A DNA stretch of 64,000 bases from NCBI GenBank assembly GCA_030141605.1, contig JAQGDQ010000026.1, positions 1,005,696-1,069,695 on the forward strand, given 5' to 3'. A program made the translations under genes and the position numbers. The notes beneath the pieces were generated by a model that saw only the letters and a list, made by a program, of their open reading frames with translations, searched no databases and was not told the origin of the DNA. Source of the stretch: Tubiluchus corallicola. Lineage: Eukaryota > Animalia > Priapulida. How positions within the stretch are numbered: position 1 is the stretch's first letter; each line of letters starts with the position of its first letter. Below are positions 40,811 through 54,712 of this stretch, one piece after another.

Positions 40811-43800
40811 CTATGCAGAGAGAAATAAACTAGGAAATGATTCTGTTTAGACCGCTGCGAAGACTGCTCTTAGCCTATCAACACGTTTTAGGTCATCCAT
40901 ACATGCATTCAAGTACAAAACAAACCTTCATGCATATCAGCTTTAATAATATGGTGTGCAGAATAACCAACAGATTCATTTTGAAAATGTAGTGGGGGTA
41001 GAATAACTTTGGCCTTTAATAGTCTACCCGAGACAGAAAACGAAATCCAACTTTAAAAGAAACTTGATAAACAATCGCCATTTTCTTATTTCTGACAAAT
41101 CGCTTTGTTTAGAGACAAGATTCCCAGAATTAAATACTGACAAACTTAGTAAAGACTGGAGACGTAAGGCTATTGATTTCAGATTTGAAGTGACTTAGGA
41201 TTCCATTCGCATCAGAGATACTGAACAAACTCTTAGATATGGCTATTGATTCTCCGCTGTTAACAACCACAATGGGTAACATGTTCATCGGTGAAGCATT
41301 CATGTATTGGGAATGGTAGACATGTATGAGCCGGGCTTAAGTGCTTTCTTTTATTACTTATTCAACTTTCACATTGATTCACGTGAAACTGAGAATGCAT
41401 TCAGTGCATACCACTCAAATGACCCACAAGCAAGACAAATGCAAGCATAATACTCCTTTACTACATTGATAAATATTGTACATGAGAATGTAAATAGTTT
41501 TGGACACATCATGCCCTGTACACGAAACATGCTACAAAAATCATTTTCGTACGCGAGTAAGATGATACTATAAAGCTAAGTCCAAGTACGAGTTCCACTA
41601 AGACTGTAAGCATGTGCAAACAAAAATATAAGGTTCATATTCAGATTCTCCAACTCTCGGGAATCTTGTATCATCTCAAGTAGCGACATGCTCAAGTTTC
41701 ATAAAGCTAAGCCCGCCATGGCCCACTAATGTAAACAAAAATTTAGAAACGTGTGGAAATTAGTCTTTGCTCGAACTGTCTCGTTTATGCACGTGCAGTT
41801 TCCGGGAGGTGCACTTCCGCCCCCAATCATCGTACAGCAAGTTGCGGAAGAATGACAACAGCTTGTAATACAGACACAAGCTACCGCTACATCTCTAAAT
41901 TACCAGCAGTACAGTTAATTAAACAGGTTTTACACCTGCCATCGCCTTTGAAAGAGGGAAGCAGCCTTCATGCAGGGACGCCAGCAAGACGCAATAATAG
42001 CATAACGGACGACTGCAAATCACAAAAGGTTCATTCGTTTCTATGTAGAGAGGGGGAGGACTAAATTTTAACTGCTCATGAAATTTGCGGAAGGGGGAGG
42101 GGTAAATTTTAACTCATGTCTCATGAAATTTTTAACAAGAACGCATAAGTTAGAAATGCCAGTTGGTTCCAGTCGCCAGACCGTCGATTTTATGATTTTA
42201 GAACTATTTAAGTATACATATATAAAGTTTACATCCGCAAAAATGTTCATGAGATAGGGAAACACGCTTAATATCGATTAGTGTTTAAATTTAAAGATTA
42301 ATTATCATGGGTGGGCCAAAGAAACAGGGTTTACTATTTTACCGCGCTCTATTGTCTTAAATACACACCTTTCTGTTATGCAAATTGTAAAGAAACTTGA
42401 TGAAATTCGTATACAAAAATTAGTTTTTAGGATGAAACCTATGAAGACGTTATAGGTTCCTATGAAACCTATACTGAATGATATACAGTACTGAAAATTT
42501 CGAGGAAATAAGCAAAAAAATAATATATTAGTGAAAAACAACTTTTGACACCTACAAAAATTACAGTTACACAAATTTGAGCTTAAAGGAAATAACTCAG
42601 TTCTCCTTTGATTTCTTGAGTTAATAATATTCATATTTGGACAATTTGCGGAAGGGTATACAAAGTAATCCTATATAGGAAATTACTGTGACATTTGGGG
42701 GGGGGGAGAAATGATGACAGCCACATGGTCTGTCTTTAATCCAATAGATCTGGTGCAATCAAATGATGCATTATTGAAGGCAATATTAGCAGACTTGTTG
42801 TGCGTCGAATATATGAACACGTGACTAAGCTCTAGCCTCTAGAGAACACTTACATGGTCCGCAAATGCACTGCTTTGCTGCAGTGCATAGTCACTTACAT
42901 TAAATTTTAAAAATGTAAATAAAACATGCTGTAAGGGAGGTAGGACATTTGCTTGCAAGATGATTTAATGATTCATACTAGGTCAATAAATTCCTGTAGT
43001 GGCACTCGCAGTGTTATGTCACACAGCTACAGTGCTGTAAATAAGTGGAATAACCAGTCCTTCCTATTGAGTGCCAGATAACTTTTCTGGAGCAAATATT
43101 TTTGGTACAGTACAAGGGACATCCTCGTGGCCTAACCCATAATTTAATTTGCTAAACATAATGCTAAATTAACAGAATTTCAATAGTTGTTGCAAAGAAG
43201 CACTACAGCAAGCTGCATTATTTGATTGAATCGAACTTAAACCCTTATTTCAGAATTTCATCTATATAAACCTAGAATCTTCTGATTGCTGGATAGCGTT
43301 TCTATACAGCTTTGTAACTTGATTAACTTCCAATTTTCTTGTGATATTATCGGAAGTGTCACTAGTAACTGAGCCTAACAGGCTCACACAACAATGATAG
43401 TAAAACCAGTAGACAGCTGCTGTGCCCGCATGAACAAGAAAAGCGAGAAGTGTACCATCGTCAAGCGCTAGACGAAAGTGAGAGATTGAATCGCTATAAC
43501 CTCCATTAGCGATTATGAAAAATGCTCCGAGTCTAAATTACATTGGCTTCCATCCATGCGGTTCTCTGCTCTGACTAATAGCGGAAATGAGGGTGGAAAA
43601 TGGATTGCTGTCGTCACTAGAGACCCACGCCACGCCCACTATTCTAGCCGTGTGTATAAAGCGTGCTAAGCAGAATTTACTTAGTGAGACAAAATTTGAA
43701 TCCACGGGAAAACAGTTCTGCAAGTTTCCCTTGCACGTAATAATGAATAAAATGTAGGAATAAAATGATCACTGAATAAGTCAATACTGAAAATATTTTT

Positions 43801-44991
43801 TCATGACACAGTGACAAGTACATATCCTGTATGAAGAGATAACTTTCCAGTCATGGACAGACCCAGAAAAATGCATGTCATGGAAGGATCTACATCTACA
43901 TTTTGCATTGCATGTAGAAAATTCCATTCTGAAAACTCCCTGCTACTCCATTGTTTTGCAGCTTAGTGGCAAACAACCTTTTTCTAAAGTCACACAAATA
44001 ATCCTCCAAATCAACAATTATGTCTTCAAAACCATCTAGCACCCTTCAACTCTTCAAGAATGTTATCCAAAAATAACTGTGTGCTCAGCAGCAAATTTAA
44101 GGGACAGGGTCAACCTCATGCTAAAAGCTGTGGATTTAACACTGAGAGAATGACAAACACCTTTTTGGGGAGGGCAATAAAAATATTTCTAAATTCGACA
44201 AACCAACATTGAGATTGAATACAATAAAGACAAAAACACTACATTATTAGAAATCGTCGCAAAATAAATGTGGTAAATTGCATTAACGTGAAATTATTAT
44301 AAGAACATCACAGATTATTAATTACCTCAGGCGAATCAACAAAGCAAAAAATTGTAATAAGCATAAAATACTGGTTAATACTTGGTCTGTATGTCATACC
44401 ATAAACAACCAACCTACCATTCTACCTACTTAAAACTGACAAACGGTTAATAATTTAAAAACTGACGTAATACTTAAAGAAAGATTAAAAAAGGTTTTTT
44501 TCTGTCGCCATGCCATTAAAGTGAGGTGGTGGGGTAGCAGCTGCTGCCTAATGCTCCTGGCAGTCCTAGTCATATTTCACCAAAAGCACGATAACCGTGC
44601 ATGTAGTCTTGTAAAATTTGTTTAGCCAGGCGAACCACTAAAACAACTTACTAGCATGTATGCAGCACCTGTAGGCTGCAGTCTTAGTTTTACGTGGAGG
44701 CACGGAATTGATTTTGCAAACAATATGCTCTGAAGGACAATGTGACCTTCAGTTTTGAAGTTTCCTGCAAGCAAAGTCACAGGTTTTATTCATTTAACCA
44801 AATAAACTGAAAATTGACTTTAGTGTCTGAAACATCAAACCCACAACAAGGTTGACAAAAATCCATGTAGTAGCTATATTGTAGCTAAAAGATATAATGT
44901 AACACGTCACAGAGAACAGGGAGGCATAACTTAATTAGTCAAATTAACATCATTCATCGTTAAAAAGATGTTTGAAAAGTTTTATACTTAC

Positions 44992-45179
44992 TTATAATTG
45001 AATTCGTTAATTGCGACAGACATGTGGCGTGGATGAGAAGGACAACTATACATATTGCGGTCATCCTCCGGGATGAGGTCTACGTCGTGGAAGATGACAC
45101 ACTGAAAACTGAAGAGCTTCAGCGCCTCTTTGAAAGCAGCATTCATGATCATGGCCTTATTGAAGGTGTCATTACCATA
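44992..45179 (-). CDS. Gene B coding exon 3 (DXD motif)
   Basis: Reads YGNDTFNKAMIMNAAFKEALKLFSFQCVIFHDVDLIPEDDRNMYSCPSHPRHMSVAINEFNY; 188 nt, donor gtaagt. Not in the ORF track. Confidence 0.95.
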
Positions 45180-47106
45180 CTGAAAGTTAATAAAAAATAA
45201 AAATATATCATTACACCGAATATCAGTACGTCAATTCAGTTAGAAAAGAAATATTTTTAACAAAAGATATTTTTCTAATGTTAAATTTATGATCGCACAG
45301 ATTACATTGTTGCTGTTTTTTGACTTAAATGTCTCTTTATTTTGTTTTTGAAATCATTATTGTAGTACTGGATATAATATTCATCTTAGAACGCTAACTA
45401 CAGAGCAATTACTTTCAAATCATGGGGTATGCAATGTCCCACAAGATGCCCACTAGCCACAGTAAAAAGTGTTACTACCAAAGCTTGAAGGTAAAACTCA
45501 TTAAACTATATCATAGTAATGCGTTTGGCATCTTCATTACATAAGCCGTTTTCATGAAAGTTAGTTTTTGTTTTATTGTTTTGCTCTTGCAATTATACTT
45601 TTAGTTTTAGTGTTAACACAGGGAAGGTGGCAAAATAATAATTTTGTTGTTTGTACCATGGTACTGAGGTATTTTTATTTGAGGTAATTTGTAATAAACG
45701 TTTTTTTATTTAATTGCAAGCTGCTGTGAAATTAATCGATGTGCAACTACATTTGCCACAGTTTATCCCACGACATACGTTGCAATTATGGTAAATCTGT
45801 CATCGCTGTCCGCTCTTTAATAAGAGCAGATTAAAACTGTGCCTCTGTCATCGACTGTTTGTTAACATTCGTTACCATAGCAACATATCAGGTGTCGGAA
45901 CAGCAATCTGCTGATAATGAAAACTGCATGTAAAAGGTTCATGGCGCTTACTCTTTGGCTTCAAGTTTATATAGAACCTTGGGTAAATCACCAATAATGA
46001 CAAGATAAAATTAATGAAAAAAACAATTAAATTAAGTATTTCTTAATTGTTTGTTTAGTTTTGTTTCTCTTAGTGTTATGTTTGTTATTTATGCCTCGTT
46101 TGTTAGCAAAATTCGATAAAATACTTGATCATTGTGGTTTTTTCTATTAAGTGAATTAAACAAGTTAACAGGCTTCAAATTTTAAACACTAGTGTTTTCA
46201 TAAAAACGTTTGGCTTCTTAACACTTTGTTTTCCTGACAAATTATACTTTTCTGAAAATAAACTCTTTAAAATCGACCCAATTAATCTATAATGTTTATC
46301 GTTTCTATAACCAAAGTCCAAAATCTCAAGTGAAATTGCGACACTGTAGACAGCACCATTGGCTACATGTCATTCTCCATAGATATTCTGTTGACATAAA
46401 TGCGACATTACAAAGGCATTTGTCAAGGTTTAATTTGGCATATAAACCTAGCATGAGGCACAACGGTAGAATCAATAGCCTGCCTCTAATTGACTTATTG
46501 TGCATACACCACATCTATGCAGGGACAAAAAGCTTCTTCAAACCATGTCTGTGGCTCAAACCAGAACCAGTTTCTCGGAGGAGCTATAGCTAATAAATCT
46601 GATTAGAATAAAATCCACTTGAATGCATACAGGGTATTCTTAACACGCACTAACTGTTGATTCCTGCGGGGGGGGGGAGTGTAATTCATGATCCTACCGA
46701 AATGAAGCCGCAATCATGTAATTGTAGATTTTGGCTTCTTTCTGGTCATAAATTATCCGGCACAGGAATCTGCTAGCATAGCAGTTAAAGATGAACTGCA
46801 ATGACGGTAATTCACATTTTAAGTATTTCGAGGACCTAAAGCTTAGTACTATAGTTTGCCTATAGTTTGCACAGGTTCACTGTTTAAAAAAACGAGGCAA
46901 AGATGAAAAATGTAGACACAGTATTACAAAGACAGGTGAGCACATCCTACCAGAAATCGTATTTAAATCTTTGAATCCATAATAAACCTAGCACAGATCA
47001 TCCGTATATTGTTATACGAATCCGTAATTTTGGGTTCGTATCCAATTCGAATAAAAGTACACTCGAATCGAATTAAAATGAAAGATATTCACCGCAAATT
47101 ACAAAC

Positions 47107-47351
47107 CTGTTCTGCAACGACGACACGATAATCTAGCTGCTGCCTTTGCAATATCGGATGTAAATGAGCCAAAGCTGTGGTAAGATGCTCCTCTCTGTCT
47201 CGATAAGGTATGATAATGAGTACACGATGACGGGCTCGGCAATGAGATGGGTGCCCGGTTCCTCCCGGAAGGATGCCTGGATTTTCGTTGAGGATGTTCT
47301 GCTGTGTGTGATGATGTTTCCCCGGGGTGAGGTCAATGTTTAGGTGCCCTT
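47107..47351 (-). CDS. Gene B coding exon 2
   Basis: Reads EGHLNIDL...PGGTGHPSHCRARHRVLIIIPYRDREEHL...LHPILQRQQLDYRVVVAEQ. Confidence 0.93.
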
Positions 47352-49539
47352 CTGAAATGCCAAATGCGAAATTTAGTGTCGTACAAAAATGAGGTTGCTG
47401 CAGACTAGATAAACGTGTATGATGCAGACTAGATAAACGTGTATGACACAAATGTAAACATTTTAAATCATGAAAATAATTTTCATGAAATAAAATTACA
47501 AGATAAATAAAATATTGTGCCCTTGATAACTGATATCAAACTATACTGATGCCAAGCAGTACCTATAATACACAACCTTTAATGCAAATCACGTTTTAAA
47601 AAATGATGACTTCGATGGGTATTTATTGACATATAATATAACTAGGCTAGGCACATAGTATATTCTCTTGCTTAACAGATTAATGTTAAGTCTTGCTGGA
47701 GACTCATCCTGGAATAAGCCAAAAGTTCAAAACCTAGCAAGTGGCTTTTTTGCATCAAAACAGGCTCAAGATGTTCAGAAGATACATATCGCTATACCTG
47801 GCAACTTGAATTAAGGGCTGCACTTGCTTGCAGAATATGTAATAACGCTGAGAACGTATTCCAGCTTTTGAACATTTATGACATCGTTAACAACAAAGTT
47901 AACACAGCAGAGTGTACAAGACATCCCAAACTATTAATGAGAAGGATGAAGGATGAGTACGAGAAACGAATAAGCTAGACGCAAGAGAATAAATTATGAA
48001 CGAATCTGCACATTAAAAATTAGGCATTTTATTAATTACTAATTAGCTAGCTCCTTATCGGCTACATGTCCACTACACAATCAACCTGTTACGCTCAGAT
48101 GGAACTGATCAGAAATCAATCACAAGTAGGAAGCCACGCTAAGGCACAGCTTGTAGGCAGGATTCCCTGCTGTAGTTCTCACAGCAATTAATGCTCAATG
48201 GACGTATTACTGTAGCCAAGGCGGCGTTTTCCGTTTTCATCCGCACTTGTCAGCATTTACGCGTGTAACTGATGCAAAGTTCTATAAACTGACAGAATGA
48301 GGTGATTAAAATGATTTATTACGGTTTTATTACAAAATAACCGAACTTCACGAGTGTTCCATAAAGACTGACTTGGAATAACCGAAATACAGGCGTATTC
48401 TACAAAACAATTTTGAGGGATTAAGGTTTGGTTAAGATGACCATAATCGGGAAGAGTTATACAAACTGAGAAATATGACGTGATTAATTTAACCAAATTC
48501 AGGAGTGGTTGTAAGCTCATTCATACACGGCAGCTTTGCAGGGAGAACCTGGGTGTGCAGCGTGTAACTAACCAACACCATTCTAACTCACTAACTACTC
48601 AATTCTCTCTTAAGAGAAGTCATTTTTTCCATGTAGGAACAAAATACTACATTCAACCTTCATCTTGATATAGAGGTCCTAGTGAATAAGTATTGCCTCA
48701 TATTAAGTCTCCAATTATAACTCATTATAATTTCATCAAGTAAATTGTCATCCAAATTCCCAATATCCCTTAATGTTACCCATTATTTTAAACACACAGC
48801 TCTATAGTATTCATTTAAAAAGCATATTTGGTTTTTTAAAAAATTCAAAAGTTTACTTAATTCCGTCATCCAGTAGTAGTACCTTACATTGCTTAAAATG
48901 TGTTTTTCAGCTCATGTGTATAGTACAGAGTGAATGAGTGAGAAAATATTTATTAAAGTGACATGTTAAGGTATTGTTTACCTCCATCATGCATTACAAT
49001 CATTTTTATGGTTCTATTAATGACAAAACTTTGAACATAAACCCAGCCATTTAGGTTTACAAGTCACTGCCTACGAAGGAAAAAAGTTTTCATGTGTACA
49101 CATAGCAAAATTCATATGGATCATATCATTCTACATATAGTACAAGATTACTTAACAGTTCTAGAAAAGGTTACCTAAACTGACAGTTGCTTATAAATTT
49201 CTTTTTGCCTCTTCTGGTTTGTAGCCTATAAAGTTAAAAATTTTAGTATTCACGAAATTCAATTCAATTCAAATTTTATTTATCCCTCTCAATAAGATTA
49301 CAAAGGATATGAAATTATAGCTAGCAAATTATATTAACAAAATAGAGATAGGGTTTTGAAAGACCATGGGTAATCCAAAACCCATTCATCTTCTAAAAGA
49401 ACCCAGTTTGGAACTTTATTTCACTGTTTTCTGGGACCTAATTTTCAAATTTTTTTAATGCAGTATATCACAGAATTTTACTTGACAAACTAGGGCATCA
49501 TGTTATTTAAAATAGTTTGAGAATTATTTACAGAAAACG

Positions 49540-50220
49540 ACGTGTTAATTACAATTATGCTACATCAGAAAAACTTGTCGTGGAGTCCCTCAGGGGTCCA
49601 TTTTGTGACTGCTCTTGTTTTTAGTGTATATAAATGATTTGTCAAATGTGTCAAAAAAACTTGCAGATGACATCAGTATGATATTTTGTTATACTGTGTT
49701 GAAACTTTATGCAAAATTGTCAATGAAGAAGTGATTAATTTGTCTAACCGGTTTAGTGCTAACAAGCTTTTATTAAATGTTGACATTAATCAAATTTCAT
49801 ACTTTTTACAGCAAAAAATAAAAATTATGTTAAAAATGATGTAACATAGCTAGATTTACTGAATGGACATATTATAGAACAAGTTGTTAAAACAAAGATT
49901 TTCGGAGTAATAGTAGATGAATCATAATATTATCTTTGAAGCAACAGATAGATTATATTTGTTCTAAACTTAGCAAGGCTCTAGGAATTATAAAAAAAGC
50001 AAGTAAAATTTTGAAAAGAGACTCTTTGGGACAGTTGTATTATATAACTGCCTACCCACATTTTGAAAATTGTAATATTGTGTGGGGCTATGTATATGCT
50101 TCTACTTTGGACAGGTTAAACAAATTACAAAAAAAGTTAATTAGAATACTCATTTGTATTATAGAGCTCATACAAAATAATGTTTTATTTTAGCAGCTTA
50201 ATATCTTAAAAGTTAATGAT
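49540..50220 (+). mobile_element. Decayed CR1/L2-like LINE, RT and C-terminal region
   Basis: GVPQGSIL*LLLFLVYINDL at ~49582, ADD remnant, then IDYICSKLSKALGII...YPHFENCNIVWG...LQKKLIRI, with stops and frameshifts. Confidence 0.85.
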
Positions 50221-50555
50221 ATTGTATGTACGATAGTTACCTGATGTATTCACATACATTTTAATGGTAGCACATACTTTCTTCTACAATTCACCGAGTT
50301 CTAAATTCCACCACAGTTTTGGTCTATGATGTTGTTTTGACTTATAGACACGCTTTGGGAAATGAACACATATTCATTTCTCTGTGATTCATTTTACATA
50401 ATCTCTAAATAAATGTATTCTAGGTTATTAATGATATCTGTAATTTTTTTGCTGGGAGGCTTCAGATAAAAAATAGCATAATAACAAAAATTTGCTGTCT
50501 GTAGGCAAACACATAACGATAATCATTATAGATGTAAAACTGTTGCTAAACTTAC

Positions 50556-51108
50556 CTAGATTTGGCGGCACTTCTGGACAACGGGGCAACTTTTCTTGAT
50601 TGTGCTTTGAATCAGTGGAATTTGAACTAATGGTGACTGTGTCACTTTTTAACTTCCCCTTTTGTAGTGGGTAGAATATACTGCTAGAATTGTGTCTAGA
50701 ATTTTGATTCTGGTTTATTTCATAAGCACCAGTCTCCTCGAAAGTGATATCAGAAGGCGGTGTAGTCCGCACAAGAGATGACGCCTCTTTGAAAAGTCGC
50801 TGAATTTTCACAGCATAGATTTCATTTTGCATGAGTTTTCGCGACATGTCGATGGACGGCACATCACGGTTTAATAGTGATTCAACATTAAAAACTTCAT
50901 TTGACTTTCGCTGGTAATTTCGCACACTAATCTTACCGGACGTATGAATGACGAGTATTTGAGTCAAGGTGAGAACGATGAATATAACGACAGCAAACGT
51001 CATGAGTGGCGATGGCATGAACCCTTTTCTCCACAGAGTATTACCCGTGTAACTTTGTGGGCGCATCCTAGTGCGAGTTTGTAATTTGAATTCATCGTAG
51101 GGTAACAT
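50556..51108 (-). CDS. Gene B: GT7 beta-1,4-galactosyltransferase / beta-1,4-GalNAc-transferase (bre-4-like), coding exon 1; join 51108-50556,47351-47107,45179-44992,39620-39498,36774-36673,33953-33800 (454 aa)
   Basis: Exon acceptor ttttag at 51189; first in-frame ATG at 51108 (true start uncertain, later Mets possible). TM segment FAVVIFIVLTLTQILVI, long stem, then LPRCPEVPPNL|gtaagt. The join totals 1365 nt in frame. Confidence 0.85.
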
Positions 51109-52981
51109 GCCTACGACCTCCCGATGACTTCCGACGAGATCCTGTCCAGCTACGTCGACACATGATAATGTTTCTGGATTAAACCAACCTAAAATAAACA
51201 TATTTTCCATAAAAACATTTAAAAATCAACATCAAAGTGGACACACATTTATTTTACAGCAAAATCCTGTCCAACAAAATCCTGTTACAGAGACTGCGAT
51301 TATGCAAACACTCTGCTTGAAATGTATACAATCTATACAATTTAAACATATTCAAACATAAAGAAAAATAGCGTTTAAATGTTGCATAAGAAATTTTTTG
51401 TGCCCATTTGTAATGGGGAAGCACATACCTAATGCTATATAAATAATGAAATTTTAATCAGATGTTGGCTTGGTCAACAAAATCTGAATACAATCAATTT
51501 CAACAGCAAAAGTAAGCAACATAGCAACAGCAGCATTCAAGTACGGTAACAGACAATGTAAGGCAAGAAATTTTTACAGAGGAAAATTTTTGCCAATACT
51601 GCTTCAAGGTTTTAAAGAGTTTGTGGTGAGAAGTATATCAATTACTGAAGGTTCCATTATAATCTTACTTCACAACTTGAGGATAACGATGTAATGTACC
51701 CACAATAAGTGGATTTTTAAAACAAGCATGAACAAAACTTTTGCATGAATGATGTTAAGCGAATCTTGACCCCAGTTAATTCAAGATAAAATACATGAGA
51801 CTAAGCTAATTCGAAGTTATCCAGTAGGGCATTGTGGTAAGTACTAAAAAGAATACTTAGAGAAGCACCACAGCATACATAGCCTTAGAAAGTGTAGTAG
51901 ATCGTTCATAAACAAACCTGTGTAGAGAAATGGTAGAAATAAAGGGCTGTTACGGAAACTTGCCAGTGTTGATTTCTTACCTAAAGAGATGCCCTAAATA
52001 CATTAAACTTTTGTGATTTGTAACGTTTGAGATATGACGACACAGACACACACTGCTGCTACGTGATTGCCAAATGGACATGTCAAGGGTTACCAATCTG
52101 GCTTGGCCTAGTACCTACTGACTCATTTCATTTTTTTAATGTCACTCTAATTAAACATATTTTTTGTTTGGCCTAAGTTTAACATAAAAACTAATTAACT
52201 AAATAGAGCTGCATAGAAAAGCACAGTAAGCATTTTTTGTGGAAGCAATGCATGCCAATTTATTTGTTTAGTGCAGATTGACATACATACAGGCACACTA
52301 TTTAGTACAGATAATATTAGATTTATTTAACCATCAATTTAGCACAATATTATAAAATACAAGTTATACAGTTATAAATTGACAACAAGAAACTAACTTA
52401 TAGGCTACGCTCAACAGGCCTTAATTATACGTAAACGAACAATAAATCCATGTGTTAAATGGAGTAAAGTAACTGGATGCAAGGAGATGATAATGACGTT
52501 GCTGATGATGATGACAGCCATGGTTATTTTAATGCAGATGACAATGGTGGTGATGATCACAACGATAATGAATAATTTGTTGCTAATGATGAAGATGCGC
52601 CTGGATCGTATTATTTTATAATGAAAATTCTGATACAAAAACCCTAACCTAAAAGTGATACTACAACAATAGATTGCCTGTTTTTGGTTACTAGCAAAGG
52701 TGTCTCCCAGTAACTGGCAAATACACAAAGTACACCTATGTAAAGTGTTCAAGGCTGAGGCTGCTGTTGGGCTCCGCATACCGCAAATGTGCCAGATATC
52801 TGAAAAACAAGTGCGGTATATGGGCTGCAAAGAAACTGCACTGAATTTCTAGTGTGAAACTCGGTTAGAAGTGAAGCTATAATTAAATAAAATTTAGGTG
52901 ACCTTTTTTATTTCTCCTCCTTGTAAAGTGTAAATAGTGGTGCTTCAACAAGATGCGTCCGATCACACGCACGCACGCATG

Positions 52982-53013
<32 letters not shown>

Positions 53014-53313
53014 TATAACACTATTTTATCCGTATGTACATTGTACAATTCAATGATCAACGTTAATTCACCTAATGTTATGCGACCTCATCTGAATAAT
53101 TTGTTGTACAAGATGGACCCTGATGTAAACGAGCACTGTGCTCAATCAAGTTTATCCTGTTTAAGGATTTTGCACAATAATAATAATAATAATCTAAGAA
53201 GTTATATTATTCCAAGCAGCAGTACATTAAAATTGCTTGCCAGCCCGTTATAGCACATTGCAAAGAAAAAATGTTTGATGAAGAGGTACCTCACGCACCC
53301 GACCTCATATGAG

Positions 53314-54261
53314 CAAGAAGAATGAATTACTGGGTTCACTTTTCCCGCTTTGCTCAGACTCTGTTTGCCTAACTGACTAATCATGTATCTTATTAGCTAC
53401 ACAATCAACCTTGAAATTACTAGCTGTCATCAGTGATTGATATCAAGTATACGGCTTAGAACAGGTAAAATTCTGGGGCCGGATTCACAAACACATTTGT
53501 AAGAATTTTTGTAAGAAACTTAGGAAGAATTAGGAACATTTGTGAGTTCCATCATAAGCCAGCCAAGAAACTTATTACGAACGACCTTACGAATAAAGTG
53601 GTTCGTTAAAACCGTCCCTAGGGCTGTATAGACAGCCAGAATTTGTTTGTTTTTGTTCAACAACAGCAGCAACAGCAGCGATGACAATGATGACGACAAT
53701 GTTAAAAATAACAACGGAACGGCAGCGACGACAGTGATAACGACAAACAAGAAGTAGTACAATATCAACAATAACAGCATGATAGAATGATAAGTCACCA
53801 ACAGCTGCAGCAGCAGTGGCAACACCAACAACATTGAAACATCATCAACAACAACAACAACAAGAACAACAACAGCAGCAATAATAAGAGAGTGAATGAC
53901 GCTGATTAGAGTGACGTGAGCGTTAATCAAAGTGCTGATGCATTTCCCTGAATTTCACAGGATGCCTAATCTGTGACGCAATATCTTTGACTGGAACTCG
54001 CCCATTATTCATTGCTTCGATCTTTCAACACTAGATGTCGTTGCATACGCGGGGGAACCATTAGATTTTCAGATAAATAAGCCTTTTCACAGTTCCAGCG
54101 ATTGATGATGAATGTGAAAAGGTCAAAGGTTAAGCGAACCAGACAACACGTTTGTGTACACTTGACAACGACTCGCAGCCCATGCTGTTTATAATAGTGA
54201 CAGTTTTAACAGCTAGCTAGAACCTTACCTAGTTCATTTTTCTTGTTCCCAAGCAAAAACC
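53314..54261. repeat. Left arm of a large inverted duplication (pairs with 54713-55683)
   Basis: Reverse complement matches the right arm nearly base for base; mirror ORFs 53520-53930(-) and 55043-55447(+). Confidence 0.95.
53476..53618. mobile_element. Small Harbinger-type MITE inside the left arm (mirror copy ~55358-55521)
   Basis: GGGCCGGATTCAC ... GTTAAAACCGTCCC imperfect TIRs with internal cttacgaa/taagaa repeats. Confidence 0.55.
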
Positions 54262-54440
54262 TGCTAGTAAATCACGGACTAACGTATAATTAAGTAAAGT
54301 TTACGTAAAACAACTGAAGTTACTGAAATTGTACCGCGACGGCTTTGTTATACACACATGTCACGTGACGGTTGTAGTTAAGAAGCGTTGCTGTGGTACA
54401 CTTAACCTTTAACCTGCAGCAACTGCGCGTGCGCACAACG
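54229..54440 (-). promoter_or_regulatory. Probable promoter and non-coding first exon of gene B
   Basis: Strong donor CTAG|GTAAGG at 54229/54228. CpG-rich spacer with palindromic E-box GTCACGTGAC (54360-54369) and NRF1-like TGCGCGTGCGCA (54424-54435). Gene B coding exon 1 begins at an acceptor, so an upstream exon is expected. Confidence 0.55.
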
Positions 54441-54712
54441 AAAAGGCTTATTGAAACTTTTTGGAAGTATAATTATTCGTTTACTATGTAGGATCATTAG
54501 AATAATAGAAAAAGTCAACAATTGGTTCTACAGGTTTTAACATTGTGCGGTTCGAAGTCATGAAAAACTCGAAGATACGTACAAAAATGGAAGTAGAAAA
54601 CAGGCCACTGTAGATAACAATCATGACCAACGCGATTCTATTGTTCTGTTTTTCACATCAACACGCAAGCATGGATAACATGTTGCGTTTCGTGGGTTTA
54701 TCAGTAGCTTTT

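Noticed and set aside
41400-43780. Helitron- or MITE-like patches in gene B intron 3
   Set aside because: Suggestive motifs (repeated ataaagctaag, G-runs, tctatataaa start) are present, but no termini could be defined reliably by eye.
50428-51210. 260-aa ORF as a standalone single-exon gene
   Set aside because: It is gene B coding exon 1 read through into the flanking introns (acceptor 51189, donor 50555).
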